Part shown: positions 12,893-26,268 of the stretch, piece after piece
How the letters are laid out: each line of letters opens with the position of its first letter
Numbering within the stretch: position 1 is the stretch's first letter
Assembly (NCBI RefSeq): GCF_008831285.2
Contig: NC_045138.2
Coordinates: forward strand, 10,230,001-10,294,000
From: Nymphaea colorata
Taxonomy: Eukaryota
DNA length: 64,000 nucleotides
Direction: 5' to 3'
Notes under the pieces: generated by a model
Seen by the model: only the letters and a program-made list of their open reading frames with translations
The model's database searches: none
Told to the model about the DNA's origin: nothing
Translations under genes and position numbers: made by a program

Positions 12893-13072
12893 TGGGGAGC
12901 AGTTGGAAGAGGAATGTCGGGAGCGTGCGCTCTTTCATCAGCAATTCCATGGGGGGATTGAAAGGGAGCAGCAATCTCGCTTCCTGGGCCGTTGCCTTCA
13001 CGCTTGCCTACTATCTCTGGGTGAAGCCAGAAAGGGATCTCAAGAAAGAGCAAGAGGTACCACAAAAACTAA

Positions 13073-13111
<39 letters not shown>

Positions 13112-13189
13112 TTTTTCGTTAAATCGCAGGCTCGTGCTGCCGCTGCACGTGCCGCTGCTTTCGATTCTTCTCCGTCTGTAGAGAAGTGA
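12892..13189 (+). CDS. Small conserved plant single-TM protein of unknown function, exons 12892-13056 and 13130-13189; probably C-terminally truncated or pseudogenised
   Basis: MGSSWKRNVGSVRSFISNSMGGLKG..ASWAVAFTLAYYLWVKPERDLKKEQE|ARAAAARAAAFDSSPSVEK*; 73-nt GT-AG intron with (CT)n; further donor at 13210|gtaatc after a second in-frame stop. Confidence 0.7.
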
Positions 13190-13708
13190 AACCCTGAATT
13201 GGATCTCTAGGTAATCTTTTTCAGCATAGTTTTTTTTTTTGTTCTTTTTCTTGGTTACACGATTTCTCTTCTATGGAATTCGGACCCCCTTTTGCTTTGT
13301 TTTGCGTATTCTTGGTTGGGCAAGAATTAAGAAAAGGAATAGCCTACGGGAACGGGAATTAGGCAGGGAATCCGCAGGATTAGTTTATTTGCTACATGGA
13401 AATGAAATTCTTGTTTATAGTGGCCCGATGGATATGTCTGTACGTGTCTTGCGAATCTTCATATTTGATTTCTTTTATATGCACTCAAGATCATCTCCTC
13501 CATTTATTTTCTTTCATTCTTCTCATTTTTGTCTCTTTTTTGCCCCACGTTTTTAGTTCAATGAAGTTCAGGGTTGACAGCTGTTTATTTTATTTGAAAG
13601 GGGAAAAAGAGAATGAAGGAGACAGTAGACGGGAGAAATCATTAAGGGTTAATCTGATGTAATTTGGAACAAATAAAGCCCATTCATTGCAATTGCCAAT
13701 TTGCATAT

Positions 13709-14041
13709 CATTGTCACAAAAAATGCGTACGGGTATTATATGGCGAACAATTTCTTGGGTATAATACGGCAAAGTTGTATATCTCGGAAATAAAACGGAA
13801 AAATCTCGGCAAATTTTTAAAAATTTAAAACATTTAATAAATCTTGAAAATTATAAAAAATAAAAAAATCATAAAGAATACGAAATAACGTGAAAAACAC
13901 GTATAATATGCGTTTTTTTCACATTTTTTTATTTTTTGATGTTTTTTTTAAATACACATTTTTTTAATGTTTTATATGGCTGATTGTGTTTTGGCGTATT
14001 ATACACGTTTTCTTCCAATAGGACGTGTTTCTGTGACAATG
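13709..14041. mobile_element. MITE (probably hAT)
   Basis: TIRs cattgtcaca / tgtgacaatg; AT-rich interior with gggtataatacgg motif also seen near 782 and 24840; no TSD. Confidence 0.7.
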
Positions 14042-14059
14042 GTACTGTTAAGACATTAA

Positions 14060-14900
14060 AAAGATCTACTAGAGAGAAGATAAATGCAATTCGAACAGAT
14101 TATATTGCCTAAATCCAGAAACATGAGGTTAATACAACTTTAATGGAAGGTGATCCGGTCAACTTCTAGCAAGCAATACAAAGTTGCAACTCTCATAAGT
14201 GGATATATCCTATGAATGATGAGACAAAACCCATGAAAGGTCATAACATGTGGGATATTGTCATATTATTGGAAGGTGTGAAACCAATTGGTTGCACATG
14301 AATATTTAAGACCAAACATGATTCACAAGGTAAATTTAAAAGACATAAAATATGTCTTGTAGTAAAGTGCTCTACTAAGAAGAAAGTCATGGATTATATA
14401 TAGGCTTTTCCAGTCGATTTCATCAAATGACTTTCAAGATGATTGTGGCATTGATTGCTGATTTTGATTGAAGCTATAGAATCATGTAAAGACAACATTT
14501 CTTAATGGTGAGAATGATGAGATGGTACAATAGGAAAACTTTGTTTTAGGAAATGTAGTGGAAATGATTTGCAAACTAAAAATATTTATCTATAGTTTAA
14601 AGCAAGTTTCACACCAAAAGTGTTATAAGTTTTATTAAGTTGTAATATCGTTTGGTTTTGAGAGCAAGGTGGTGATGGATGCTTCTAACATAAGTTGTGT
14701 GAGGTTAAATATTTGTATATCTTATTGCTTCTTAGTTTTATATGTTGGTGACAATGACATATCACTTTCCAGTAGTCATATAAACTTCTTTCATGAAACA
14801 AAAAAAAACTTCTTGTTATAAAATTTGAGATGAATGATCTTGGTGATGCCTCTTTTGTATTGTTGATTCAGATATACTAAGATTGTTGTTTGATCAAATT
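14060..14900 (+). pseudogene. Highly decayed copia RT fragment
   Basis: Remnants of WDIV.L..GVKPIGC.IFKTK, VKTTFLNG, IYSLKQ, EMNDLGDASFVL. Confidence 0.75.
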
Positions 14901-15396
14901 AACATCAGAAGAATCCAAAATGACACATACATCTTTTTTAATATATTAAGTGTGATCATTTTTCATATGACCCTCAACTTTATAGAAGAAGCAACCTGAT
15001 TTATAGTCTTTAGGCTTATTCTATTCATTAATTGATGAGGAATTGACTGCAGTTTCCTTGGCGTATTTTCTTGGGCTTTCAATTACTAGCTAAGTAAGTT
15101 TCTTCAGCCCTATCTTGCTTCAACCTTTTCCTTCTCTTGTGCATAATGAGAATAAGCCTATTAAGAGTCCATTTCCCCATTTGGCAGCTGCAACTGCCAA
15201 AATTATATACATGAACAAGTTCTTAGAAAATTTTAATTTTAGTGCCCTTAGTTCTCAAACAAGCTGCAACATTTTCATAATGTGCTCCATTATGTTCCTC
15301 TTTCATTTATACTTTAGTTTTCCCTGAAAAATGCTTTTCCAACTTTTTCATTTTTAGTGAAATGTTTTTCAATCTCTTTGTGAAACGTTTTGGCAC

Positions 15397-15610
15397 CTAT
15401 GTCACATGGGTGCTCTTAAATGGCTTTCGCACCCATGTTGGCACAGGCGCTCCAACATAGCACAACTAGGGCAATCAGTTGAATCATGCTAGAACTGACC
15501 ATTTTAAATGTGCATCTAACTAAACTAGTGTTAATATAAAATTTTATATGTAAATATAGACAAATAGCCGAACAGTTAAATAACTAAATGATATCTATAC
15601 ACACACACAG
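15397..15610. mobile_element. Left part of hAT MITE (CTATGTCACA family), interrupted by an LTR element
   Basis: ctatgtcacatgggtgc terminus as at 322 and 21691; right end not found. Confidence 0.55.
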
Positions 15611-17842
15611 TGTTAGTAACTGGATCTGGGATATGGATCGGGTCCCATTAGGCTGACCCAATAATGCTTATAAGTAGGTCCAAGGGCATTAGAAAGGGGT
15701 TGCCGTGATTATTGTACTTCTTTTCCTTTGGGAGGAAGGAACCCTAATCGGCTATTAGGGTTGGCTGAGTGAGTTTTCTTATTAGGGTTTCTTGTAAGGG
15801 TTTCTTGTAAGGGTTCACCAAGTTAGTGGCGGCTAACAATTGGTATGAGATCCAATTTTTGAAGGGTCTCAAGTCGGCAGATTATGGCTGGTCGATTGGA
15901 ACAGGTGGAGAGTACCTTCGCAAGGATCAATTGAATGTTGGACCACATGGACGAGAAGTTGCAGATGATACTGCTAAGACAGTGGCAGATGAGGGTATTG
16001 CTTAAAGAAAGGCTTCATGGCATGAGCACTTGGGCGTCTCCTAAAGACGTCTTCACAACTTGGCAGCAACAAGGCCAAGTGAAATACCAGGATGACAGCG
16101 CGGAGATGCGACCACCCTCATACCAACTAGGTGTATTCACTGCCATATGGTCAGGCCTCTTGCTGCCACCAACTACAATTCAGTTTATTTGCAAGAAAAC
16201 ATCTGTGTTCCAGGAGACTGTCAGAATCTCCAATGGTGGGGAGAACAGCTCCATTTCTGCCATTGAGCCGCTCTTGGTGTTGACCCACCTTGCAAAAGAA
16301 ATTACAGTCAAGGGAGCGAGCAAGAGGAATATTGGGAATAGGAAGAATTTCAAGAAAGCCTTCCATAATGCCGCCTCTTAGGTGGGTGTTTCCGCCCTTC
16401 CATTGTTCTCCATGGCTATCAGAGCAATCGTCGGCAACATCAGCGACATTGGCGTGTTGATCACCCAAGGACTATGCCATCTTCATATCAATAGCACCGG
16501 TGCTCAAGTCTTGTGAAGTTGCTGTAGGATCCTTGCAATAAGGAAAGAGGAGGAGGCACGTGTTGCAGCCAGGAAAACCCCTTGGCTACAGTCCAGGGAC
16601 ACCCTAAGGGTGTGGGTTTTGCAAAACACACAGTCATGGAGCGTCTGGCAGTAACTGAATGGAGCGATCAAAGAGATATGCAATGGGGAGAAACAAATGG
16701 CTCAAGTGGAAAGGCAGCTGGGCTAGCTGGCATGGAAGAAACCGACCTGTTTCAGTTTCAGGATTTCCTTAGTAATGATCTGAAAAATTAGACTGACATA
16801 TTGTTGGGTTCTTGTAGCTTCTTTGTGTGCGAAGCAATACCAATTCCATAAGAAAATGAAAATTCGAAGCAGGTAGTTCTCAGCCTGTGAAGGATGAGAT
16901 TAAACTGCTAGTAAATGCTGGGAAATATGACCTCAGGTGCGATTGGCTTGCTACCTCAAGGTGGGTGGAGAATCGGGAGTGGCTTGGTGTCATCGAATTG
17001 CAAGACTGGAGTACCTTTAAAGGGGCCAAGCTTTCCATCTATGACGATGCCTCTATTGTGGGGGTGTATACTCTAGAAACTTGTGATCAGACCATTGAAA
17101 TTTTGATGGCTGAGGTGTTAGATTTTACCATGTGGGATGAACGTGAAAGCAGCCCCTTTAGAGCCGCAACATTGATAATCAAAAGACCACTGCTGTTGGC
17201 CAGTAGATCTCCAATTTTCCTTGGGGATCTATATAAGTTTAGAGACCAATCTGGTGCAGGGTTGAGAGTAGTTCTCAGGCATTCGTTTGGCTTCAAGACA
17301 GGACCTGACTGTTCTACACAGCATTTTGAACATCAAACTGACTTAGCACTTAGCAGTGCACCTGCTAGGAGGACTTCAAGGTCAAGGAAACCATGTGTCA
17401 TCAATTCTCAAGAGAGCACTGGGCCACAAATGTGCATTTAGGAGCCCACGACCATTATGCCAAGGGGAAATTCTATGCAATGATCAGTGCAATATTCATA
17501 CCTGGCGACTGGAAGGTTCCAGTTTGAAAGATCAGCTTGCAAAGCATTAGAGTGGCAGACACCTACTGCAAACTGGTTGTATCGGGAGAAGAAGACTCAA
17601 CCCTTACTAAAGATACATGAGGAATTTTGACAATGCGGCACCTTGAGGAGTGTTTTCCAAAGGGAGGAGTATTGTTAGTAACTGGATCTGGGGTATGGAT
17701 CAGGTCCTATTAAGGCTGACCGAATAATGCTTATAAATAGGTCGAAGGGCATTAGAAAGGGGTTACAATGATTATTGTGGTTCTCTTCCTTTGGGAGGAA
17801 GGAACCCTTATCGGGCATTAGGGTTGGGTGAGGAAGTTTCTT
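15611..17842 (+). mobile_element. Non-autonomous gypsy-like LTR element
   Basis: 5' LTR 15611-15838 (tgttag..ctaaca); PBS tggtatgagatc at 15841; PPT aaagggaggag; 3' LTR 17673-17842 cut by a copia; ~1.8-kb interior with no recognisable RT or integrase. Confidence 0.8.
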
Positions 17843-18696
17843 TGTTATGACTAGAGAGAGAGAAGCCAAAAAGATGTCATTTACGTAACCCTAATCTCAA
17901 AGATAAAGAGATTAGGGCTGGGATACAATAATTACTGAATCAGTCCAAGAAACATAAGAAAATATTTAAATATTTAAAGACCTACTCTCCAACTTTCTAA
18001 TATTGCAGAAACACTCTAATCAACTGTCTAGAGTATTTAACACTTTCCCTCAAGCTGGTGCATAGATATCAATCATGCTCAACTCAGTGGCGGAGCTACG
18101 TGTGGGCTGGCGTGGGCCCCTGCCCACTCCAGCCCAATAAAGCTCAGTGTAAAAAATTTGCTTCACGCCAGTGTTGCGGCTGTTGCCCGCACCAGAATTG
18201 GATCGGGCCCCATAATGAACACCGATCCAGCTCCAGGCGAAACCTTTTCCCCGCCCAAAACCTAAAACTTCATGCTTCCCCGCCCAATGTTGCGCCCAAA
18301 CATTCATCAAAAACTTTTCCCCGCCCGAAACTTAGAAGTTAATGTCTTCCTGCCCATTGTTGCACCCAAACATTCACCAGAGAGGGGAAGGGGCAAACTG
18401 CGAAGCCGCAAGGCGCGCAGAGGGCAATCTGTGCATCTTGGCATGGCGCATTGCCCGTTGGGATTTCACAAGGTCAGTGTTTCTTTCTCTCTCTCTTTGA
18501 CTCTACCCCCCTTTTCTTGTTTTGATTTTGCACTTTTGATGAGCTTGCATTTGATTTGGGGTTTTTTCACATTTGATATCACATCTGTGCGCCTTTCACT
18601 CGTGTTGTATTAGGTCATATAGGTTCTTTGCCCAATATGTGCGTCTTGGCATGGTGCTTTGCCCGTGGGATTTCTTTCACAAAGTCAGTGTTTCTA

Positions 18697-18735
<39 letters not shown>

Positions 18736-21690
18736 ACACTCTCTCCGCCTCTCCCCCTTTTCTTGTTTTGATTTTGGACTTTTGATGAGCGTGCATTTGA
18801 TTTGGGGTTTTCACATTTGTGATTTATGCGTTCTAACTTCTAGTCAAGCAGCGAGCTATTTCTGAGGGTTTTTGTTAGATTTTGATGCTATTTCTAAAAA
18901 ATTGGGCTTATTTTTAGTCGACTCCTTCTCAAAGTTGTTAATTACATGCTGAATCTAGTTGAATATTTGCTTTATTTATAAAATACCATATATTTTAAAT
19001 TGAATTTTACATTCTATGTACTAGTGCCCCACAGCCAAAAGTTTCTGGCTCTGCCACTGGCTCAACTTGTTACAATCTTTCAGGAAATTGCCTATGGAAA
19101 GAGCCTTGGTAAAAATATCAGCTGCCTATTCTTCTGAGAAGACATGAATAGTGTTAATAACTCCTTCTTGTACTAAATCTCGAATATAGTGGCAATCCAC
19201 TTCAATGTGTTTCGTCCTCTCATGGAAGACAGGATTGTTTGCAATATAAGTTGCTGCCTTGTTGTCACAAATTCACAATACATCTTCATTGGGAGATTCA
19301 CCAAAACACTCAAATCTAGAAGCACTGATCTGACCCATGACATTTCAGCCGTAGTTTGAACTATAACCATATATTAGACTTAGCACTAGATCGAGCCACC
19401 ACATTCTGCTTCTTGCTCCTCAAAGAAATAAAATTACCTCCCATAGAGACACAAAAACCTGTAGTTGACTTTCTGTCATCTACACTGCATAATCAGCATC
19501 ACTATAAGCTTCTATGTGAACACCTTTTCCCTTTTTGAACCATAACCCCTTTCTCGGGACTTATTTCAAGTATCTTACTACCATTAGTGCAGCCTCCCAC
19601 TGAACATTTCGGGGTTTTTCCATGAATTGACTTAGCTTATTTGTAGCAAAACTAATGTCAAGTCGAGTAAGAGTCAAATCTAAAAGTTTTCCTATCAGAG
19701 ATTATAAGATCTAGAGTCAAACTACTATGATTCATCATCATGGATATGAACTCGAGGATTCATAGGAAGTGTGGCAAGTTTAGCTTCCAATTAACCTGTT
19801 TCTTGCAGAAGATCAAAAACATATTTTCTTTGAGACACTATAATCCCTTTACTGCTACGAGCCACCTCAATACTAAGAAAATAACGGAGTTGACCAAGGT
19901 CCTTTTTGACAAAGTGCTTCTCTAGGAACTCCTTTGTCTGAGCTATTTCTTGATTATTTTTCCCAGTGAGTACAATATCATCAACATATACAATCAAAAT
20001 CACGATATCAGATGTGCCTCGCTTAGTGAACAACGAATGATCAAGTTGGGATCTTCGAAATCTACACTTAGATACAACCTCAATTAGCTTATGGAACCAT
20101 GCATAGTGACTCTGTTTCAATCCATAAATAGCCTCCTTTAGTTTGCATACTTTGGAACACTCCCTCTGTCGCTCAAAAGCAGGTGGTTGCTGTATAAAGA
20201 CAGTTCCAGAGAGATCTCCATAGAGAAAGGCATTTTTCACGTCCAGCTGAAATAGAGGCCAATCTTGCTGGACGACAAGAGATATAATCAATCGAATAGT
20301 GTCCAACCGAGGCACGGGCAAAAAGGTCTCAAAGAAGTCAACCTTATGCATCTGTATATATCCTTCAGCGACAAGACAGACTTTAAACCGTTCAATTGAA
20401 CTATCAGAATGATAATTGATGGTGAACACCTATTTCGAGCCAACCACATCACAGTGCATCAGTGGATCCACCAAGTCCCACGTCTCCCTAGAAATAAGAG
20501 CATCCATTTCCTCCGGCATGGCTTGCCTCCACCGTGAATCTAATAAGGCTTGGTGGCGAGAAGATGGGATAACGTGACTAGACATAGCTCAATCAAAGTG
20601 CCCAAACTTGTAGTCAAATAGTCAGTTTAGGAGTTTTCGATCAAACTTGCAGCATGAGGGTGCAGGCGACATTTTGGAGTTGTCCATGTTTGCGTTTGGC
20701 AACACCATTTTATTCGGATGTGTGAGGATAAGTGTATTGTGGTCGAATTCTATGATTAGCATAAAATTAAAGCAGAACGAAAGAAGTGACTTCAAGAGCA
20801 TTATCAATGCGAATACTTTTGACAATGGAACCAAACTGAGTTTTTATTTCCTTGACAAGTTTCTGAAGAATACAAATACATTCAGATCTTTCCTCTGACA
20901 AAAATACCCAACTGACTCTAGTGAAATCATCAACCAAAACAAGATAATACCAAAAACACGATCGAAAGGAAACCCGATTAGGACCCTACACATCCACATG
21001 AAGAAGATCAAACGGACTTGACTAGATGGATTCTGACTCGAAGGAAAATTGTTCCTTGTATGCTTGCCTAACTAGCACACATCACATAAGAAGGATTCTG
21101 ATGCAGAAATATCTGGAAACATGCGACGATGTTTGGACACCGATGAATGACCCAGTCTGAGATGCCACTGGAAAGGAGAAGGCTTCGAAGGAAATGAAGA
21201 TGCAGCAACATCGACTGGGTCAGACAGAAAATAGAGTCCCTCGTGTTCATGGCTGCCACCAATCATCTTCCCAGTTAGTAAGTCCTAAAAGAACATAAAC
21301 TAGGATAAAAAATGACTCTACACTATAAATTACTAGCCAGTTGCTTAATAGATAACAAATTAACGAGGAACCGGTGAGCATATAGCACATGTGTAATGGT
21401 GCCTAAGTGTGGGAGGTAAATATCACCATTGCCCAAAACAGGGGACAACTTGCCATCAGCTAGTCAGACATGTTGTGGAGTAGAGAATCTGATGAAGGAA
21501 GAAAACATCTGTGGTTGATTGCAACAGTGCTTGGATGCTCTTGAATCTATCATCCACATCATACCTGGGTCATCAGTAGGGGCACCAACAGTGAAAGTTG
21601 AGTCTCCTACTAATGTGGTGGCATATGTAGAAGGTGGCATGTGTAGAAACAGATGTAGAGGCAAATCTTTGAGCAAGAACAAGATCATAT
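17843..21690 (-). mobile_element. Ty1/copia element, 5'-truncated, inserted in the 3' LTR of the preceding element
   Basis: 3' LTR 17843-18042 (tgttat..ttaaca) next to PPT cttgagggaaag; RNase H ~19060-19500; [24 protein letters not shown] (19791-20429); WHLRLGH..CDVC; protease WMIDSRASKH. Confidence 0.9.
18085..19059. mobile_element. hAT MITE nested in copia
   Basis: TIRs cagtggcggagc / gctctgccactg; perfect 8-bp TSD GCTCAACT; internal ~200-bp duplication (~18430-18830) and cccgccc repeats. Confidence 0.93.
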
Positions 21691-22336
21691 CTATGTCACA
21701 CGGACATGGCAAAATGGGCCACATACCGGCGTCGACACTCCGACACACGGATCCCGACACTTGGACACGGTAGGATACGTTTTGGATCGGGTTTGGGTCA
21801 GACCCGATCCGAACCACTTTCCTAACCCGACATTCTTTTTAAGTTTTAACCCTGGATTTCTTTTTACGCTTTCATGCTCGACCTTTACCCTCGAGTCCTC
21901 GACGACCTGTAACCGGCGACAGCAGAGTTTGGCAACGGCGACGGCGACGAGGTCTGGCGATCCACGGTGTCATCCTTTGGTGTCTGGCGGCAGCCGGCGA
22001 CAGACAGGTAAGTTTTTTTTTTTCTTTTTGATATTAGAAGTTAGGGTTAGTTTTTTTTTTTTCTTTTTGATATTAGAAGTTAGGGTTTCATGCTTCATTT
22101 GGGTTTTTTTTGCTTTGCATTTGCTGATTTGGGGATGTTTTCGTTTGTGATAAACAATGTTTTGTTTGAGACTTTCTTTCTTATGACTTATGAGAATGTA
22201 AGAGTGAATTATTAGTTTAATGTTTTTCTTATTTTATTATCATTTTTATTTTTCTAAAATATAAAATTTGCTGTGTCCGGGTATCCTAAAATTTTGAAAA
22301 TTGCCGTGTCTGCGTACCCGTACCCGTGTGACATAG
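21691..22336. mobile_element. hAT MITE (CTATGTCACACGG family)
   Basis: Perfect TIRs ctatgtcacacgg / ccgtgtgacatag; GACAC and CCCGTA subterminal repeats; flanks gatcatat / atgctcac do not match. Confidence 0.85.
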
Positions 22337-24708
22337 ATGCTCACAATTAATATACATGTACACATAAGAAAACATATGAATGAACTCAATCAATGGTTCA
22401 AGATACCTATACCATCCCTAATATTCTATCTTTAGTTTGATATATCACTTGCAAGTGGTATTCTTAGTTAGTAATGGGTAGTGATGATTAATTCCGTTAA
22501 AGAATGAGCTTTTCTTTGCATTGATTCATCATTCACATGGAAACCTTATAATTATTAGATAAATTTGTTGAAAGCTGTTTGTAGGACTGCATGTGTCTTT
22601 ATTAGTTTGTGCAGTGCATGCTATCGTAGGTGCCTGCTCCCAGTTTGTTCTCTTCTTTCTTTTGTCACGAATCAATGTGGTCGGCAAAAGTGCCAGATTG
22701 TGCAATCCCCCAATTCTCAAGGACTTCATGGGCTTTGTTGAAGGCATAACTTGTATCCATGCGCTTTATATAAGCATGGAGTTCACTCCCAGCAATATAG
22801 CCATCCTTGCCCTCTCACGTAGAGCAATGGATCTGTAATTGTGATTAGGAAAGGTCAACATATTTGTCACTTTTTAGGATATAAATAATTTCATTTTGTT
22901 TTTATGCCGGATATGAATTTTCAATTCTATGATGGACTGAATCCTAAAATTTACTATAAAGTATAAACATATGGTCGTGGTTCCTGTAGCTGTACGTAAT
23001 TGTAATTGGTTTCTCTTCTTCGTCGTCATAAAGAAGTTGCATCTTTTGATGTAAAGTCTTTGGAATATGCTGTTCCAAGTCTTTAGAATGAATTTTCAGA
23101 CATGCTTTCCCATGCAAATTATTTGTTTTTTGTCAATGTTCAGCAGGAACAGATTTGCATTGTTCAAAAGTTTCAAAACATGACAGGCTAAAGTTAACAT
23201 TAATTTATTTTGCATGGCAGATTCCTGTTCTCAACATACTATAGAAAGAAGTAGCCATCATGCAGTGATGATCATGTTCCCCTTGTAACATGGAACCTGA
23301 ATTTGATAAAATAGATAATTTATTCTTGGAGACTTCATCAAATTATCTTATCTTCGAAAGCAATCCAATGCAATCTTGCAAATGATTTTATCAGGAGATT
23401 TGGTTTTCCTCGCACACTGTTGGTGACAAATAATGAAGATTCCTTTAAGTGGTGGACAACATATAAATTGGAAAATCTGATTTTGAATACTCTATCAAGG
23501 AGGTCCATATCCCAGCATCGGGGCCAAGTTTTTGTGAGAATCTGAGCTTGTTGAGAGCTCTTAATCATTGCATGCCTAAGTTTGTTACTGATGTTCATAT
23601 CTTATATATGGCATAGCCTATTTTTTGTTGTTCTCTGTTGCAAGAGGTGATTGTGTTTGTTGAATATGGAAAAGCAACGATTGTCATAAAATTTTCGTCT
23701 ACAAGGCAGTGATATTATGCAATTAGCATGTTTTGTGATTAGTACTTGATACTTATCATAATTAAACTAATTTCATCCTTTTCCTCATGGCACTGATTAG
23801 GTGGCAAGTCTAGTTCATGATTTTGGTGTGTGTTGATATTATAATGGTCATTACAGGTTTTATTGTTGCTGAGCTAATGATTCTGCTCCTGTGCATGTAA
23901 AATGCCAAAAGTTTTGTAGTTTCTTTTTCAAAGTGTTCGCTGGGGGATTTACAAGCAAGCTTAATGTGTGTTGCTTGTAGAAAATAATGCAAGTTCTAGC
24001 TATCTGGCTGTTAAGTCCATCAGGAAAATGATATCTGTGGATAAATCTCTGCAGAGTATCGTGATCTTTATGACAAAGATCTGCAGGTTATTTTGATCTT
24101 TTCAGAAAACATCAGTGTATTAAAGCTTATTCTGAGCTGGTACTGGTAGAATAAGCAAGCTTCCACGTACACTCACTCCTGTATTGTTTGTACATTAATC
24201 CGTGGGTTTTTTCTTCACAAATGCTGTTTACAAGTAAAAGAAGATGCTAACTTGGTAAGTGATCCATCATCCAAGATGAAAGCTGTTCGGTTCATGATTC
24301 ATGAAAATTGTGTTGCTTCATACTGTTAATTATAACGGTCAGTGCTTGTTCAATGTAGAAGCAGGCAATGTTTCCTCTAGAAATTCAGAAACCTAAAGCA
24401 GAATTTTGAAGCTGCTAGAACTGCCATTACTTTTAAAATATAGCATTTGAATATAAACATCGGTAGGAGAAGCTGATGAAGGAATCTGTTTTCCAGAAAA
24501 CTTGTTATGCTTTTAGGCAAACAAGGGACCGCACTTTAAGGTGGGTGGTGATGCTTTTTCTACCTTTGTATTGCACATGCAGCCTTGAGAAAACAGAAAA
24601 TATGGAACAATAGTGTGTTCCGACAAACAAAGAAAAGTTCACCTCAAAGTGGATGTTCAAGTAAGGATAGTGGAAGTAATTGCAGCTGTCACATGAGCAG
24701 TCGTGAAT

Positions 24709-24794
24709 TTTAACTGTTGTGAGGGTCACTCTGGCACAGGTCGGCGACCTCGGGACTAAGGACCATAGCTTTAACTGTTGTGAGGGTCACTCTG
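24709..24794. repeat. 25-bp direct repeat, 61-bp period
   Basis: tttaactgttgtgagggtcactctg at 24709 and 24770. Confidence 0.85.
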
Positions 24795-26268
24795 AAGCAT
24801 AAGTTATCGTTTACCAATTTTAAATAGTGAGACTTTTTCGGGTATAATACGGTAAAATTGAAATTTTGAGAAAATTTTGGCATTAGAAAGATGAAAACAT
24901 CGTACACAAATTGCAAAAGTAAAATGTAGAAATAAAAATGTGAAAAAATGGAAAATTTTGTATTTTTCCCATTTATTGGCATTTTCTTTGGTTTCGATGT
25001 CTTATTCAAAAGAACAGTTTTTATTTTTCGGTTGACTTATTTTTTATATATAAGACGATCATTTTTCTGAAAAATACGTGACAAAAAGACGGGTTTTGAA
25101 AGTTCCTCGTTTTTGAGATTTTCCTTTTTCTTCTTACCACTTGTGAGGGCTGGTTTAAGATGTACCTATTACTGGGGCTCTGGTGTTTTTTCGTGTCGAT
25201 TGGTTTTAAAAAAGCTCATTCCGGTAGAGCATTGGCCTGGCACCATCCAGACCACCACACTGTCAACGAAGATAAGTACGTTTGACCTCTGTTACCCCTC
25301 CCATTTGGCCTTCACTAATTAGATTTTAGTTGGTTGAAATGAGATCAACCTTTTTTTCTAGTTGTTTAATAAAAAAATTTGGCCTCGTTAAACAACCAAA
25401 AAAGGGAGTTGACAGAAGCAGAAAATCATTTTTTGAACTGTAAAATGTAAATAAACGTAGTAAGAAAATATTATTCAACAAGGGAATCTGTGGCTTTGAT
25501 TGAATATTTGAATGATCCATGGATCCTTTATGTAACAGTGTAAGGGCCAAAGTGGATATACATGACAATTTAAACAAACAAATCAAGATTTATTTTCATG
25601 GAGCAACATGTTGCATATTCCTTCTTCACCATGTTAAACAACAAAAGCAAGGATTAATGGCAGATGAACTTTATTTTTGACAAAATTCATCGGTAAGGTT
25701 GATATCAGATTCCATAACATGAAAAATGAGCATTTTATTTTAAGGCTTATCAAGTTATGAGGTCCAACATGAATTTCATACATGAAAAGTGCTCAGATTG
25801 AAGATTTTTGACCAAGTCTTTTGTGCAATAGCGTCTATAAGATAATCTCCAAACTTAAGATCAGGAGAATGAGAGATATCTTAGGTAGGATTATTGATGC
25901 TAGTCAAGGAGCTTTTCTCCTTGGTAGGACTATCCATGATCAGTTTGTCTTAGCATAAGACATGGTTAACTGGTTTAACCGGAATGAGAAGGAGGTGGCA
26001 TGTCTCAAGCTTGACTTGTCTAAAGCCTACAAGATGACTCATGGTCAGTCCTCAAGAGTAGCTTGAGAGACATGGGGTCCCATGACAGCTGGATTCAAAG
26101 GAGAATGGTTCGTATGCAGACTGCAGGCTTTTTTACAATGATATTAATGGTATGAAAAGTGACTTTTTTTTAGGCCAAAAGAGATAGTCAGGGTGATTCC
26201 TTGTCCCCTTACTTATTCCTAATTGTGATGTAATCCATTGCCTGGCGGTTCAAACGTTTGGTTAATAG

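Noticed and set aside
21683..21690. gatcatat flank resembling the atcatatc flank at 5063
   Set aside because: Different elements and different copia hosts, and offset by one base; treated as coincidence
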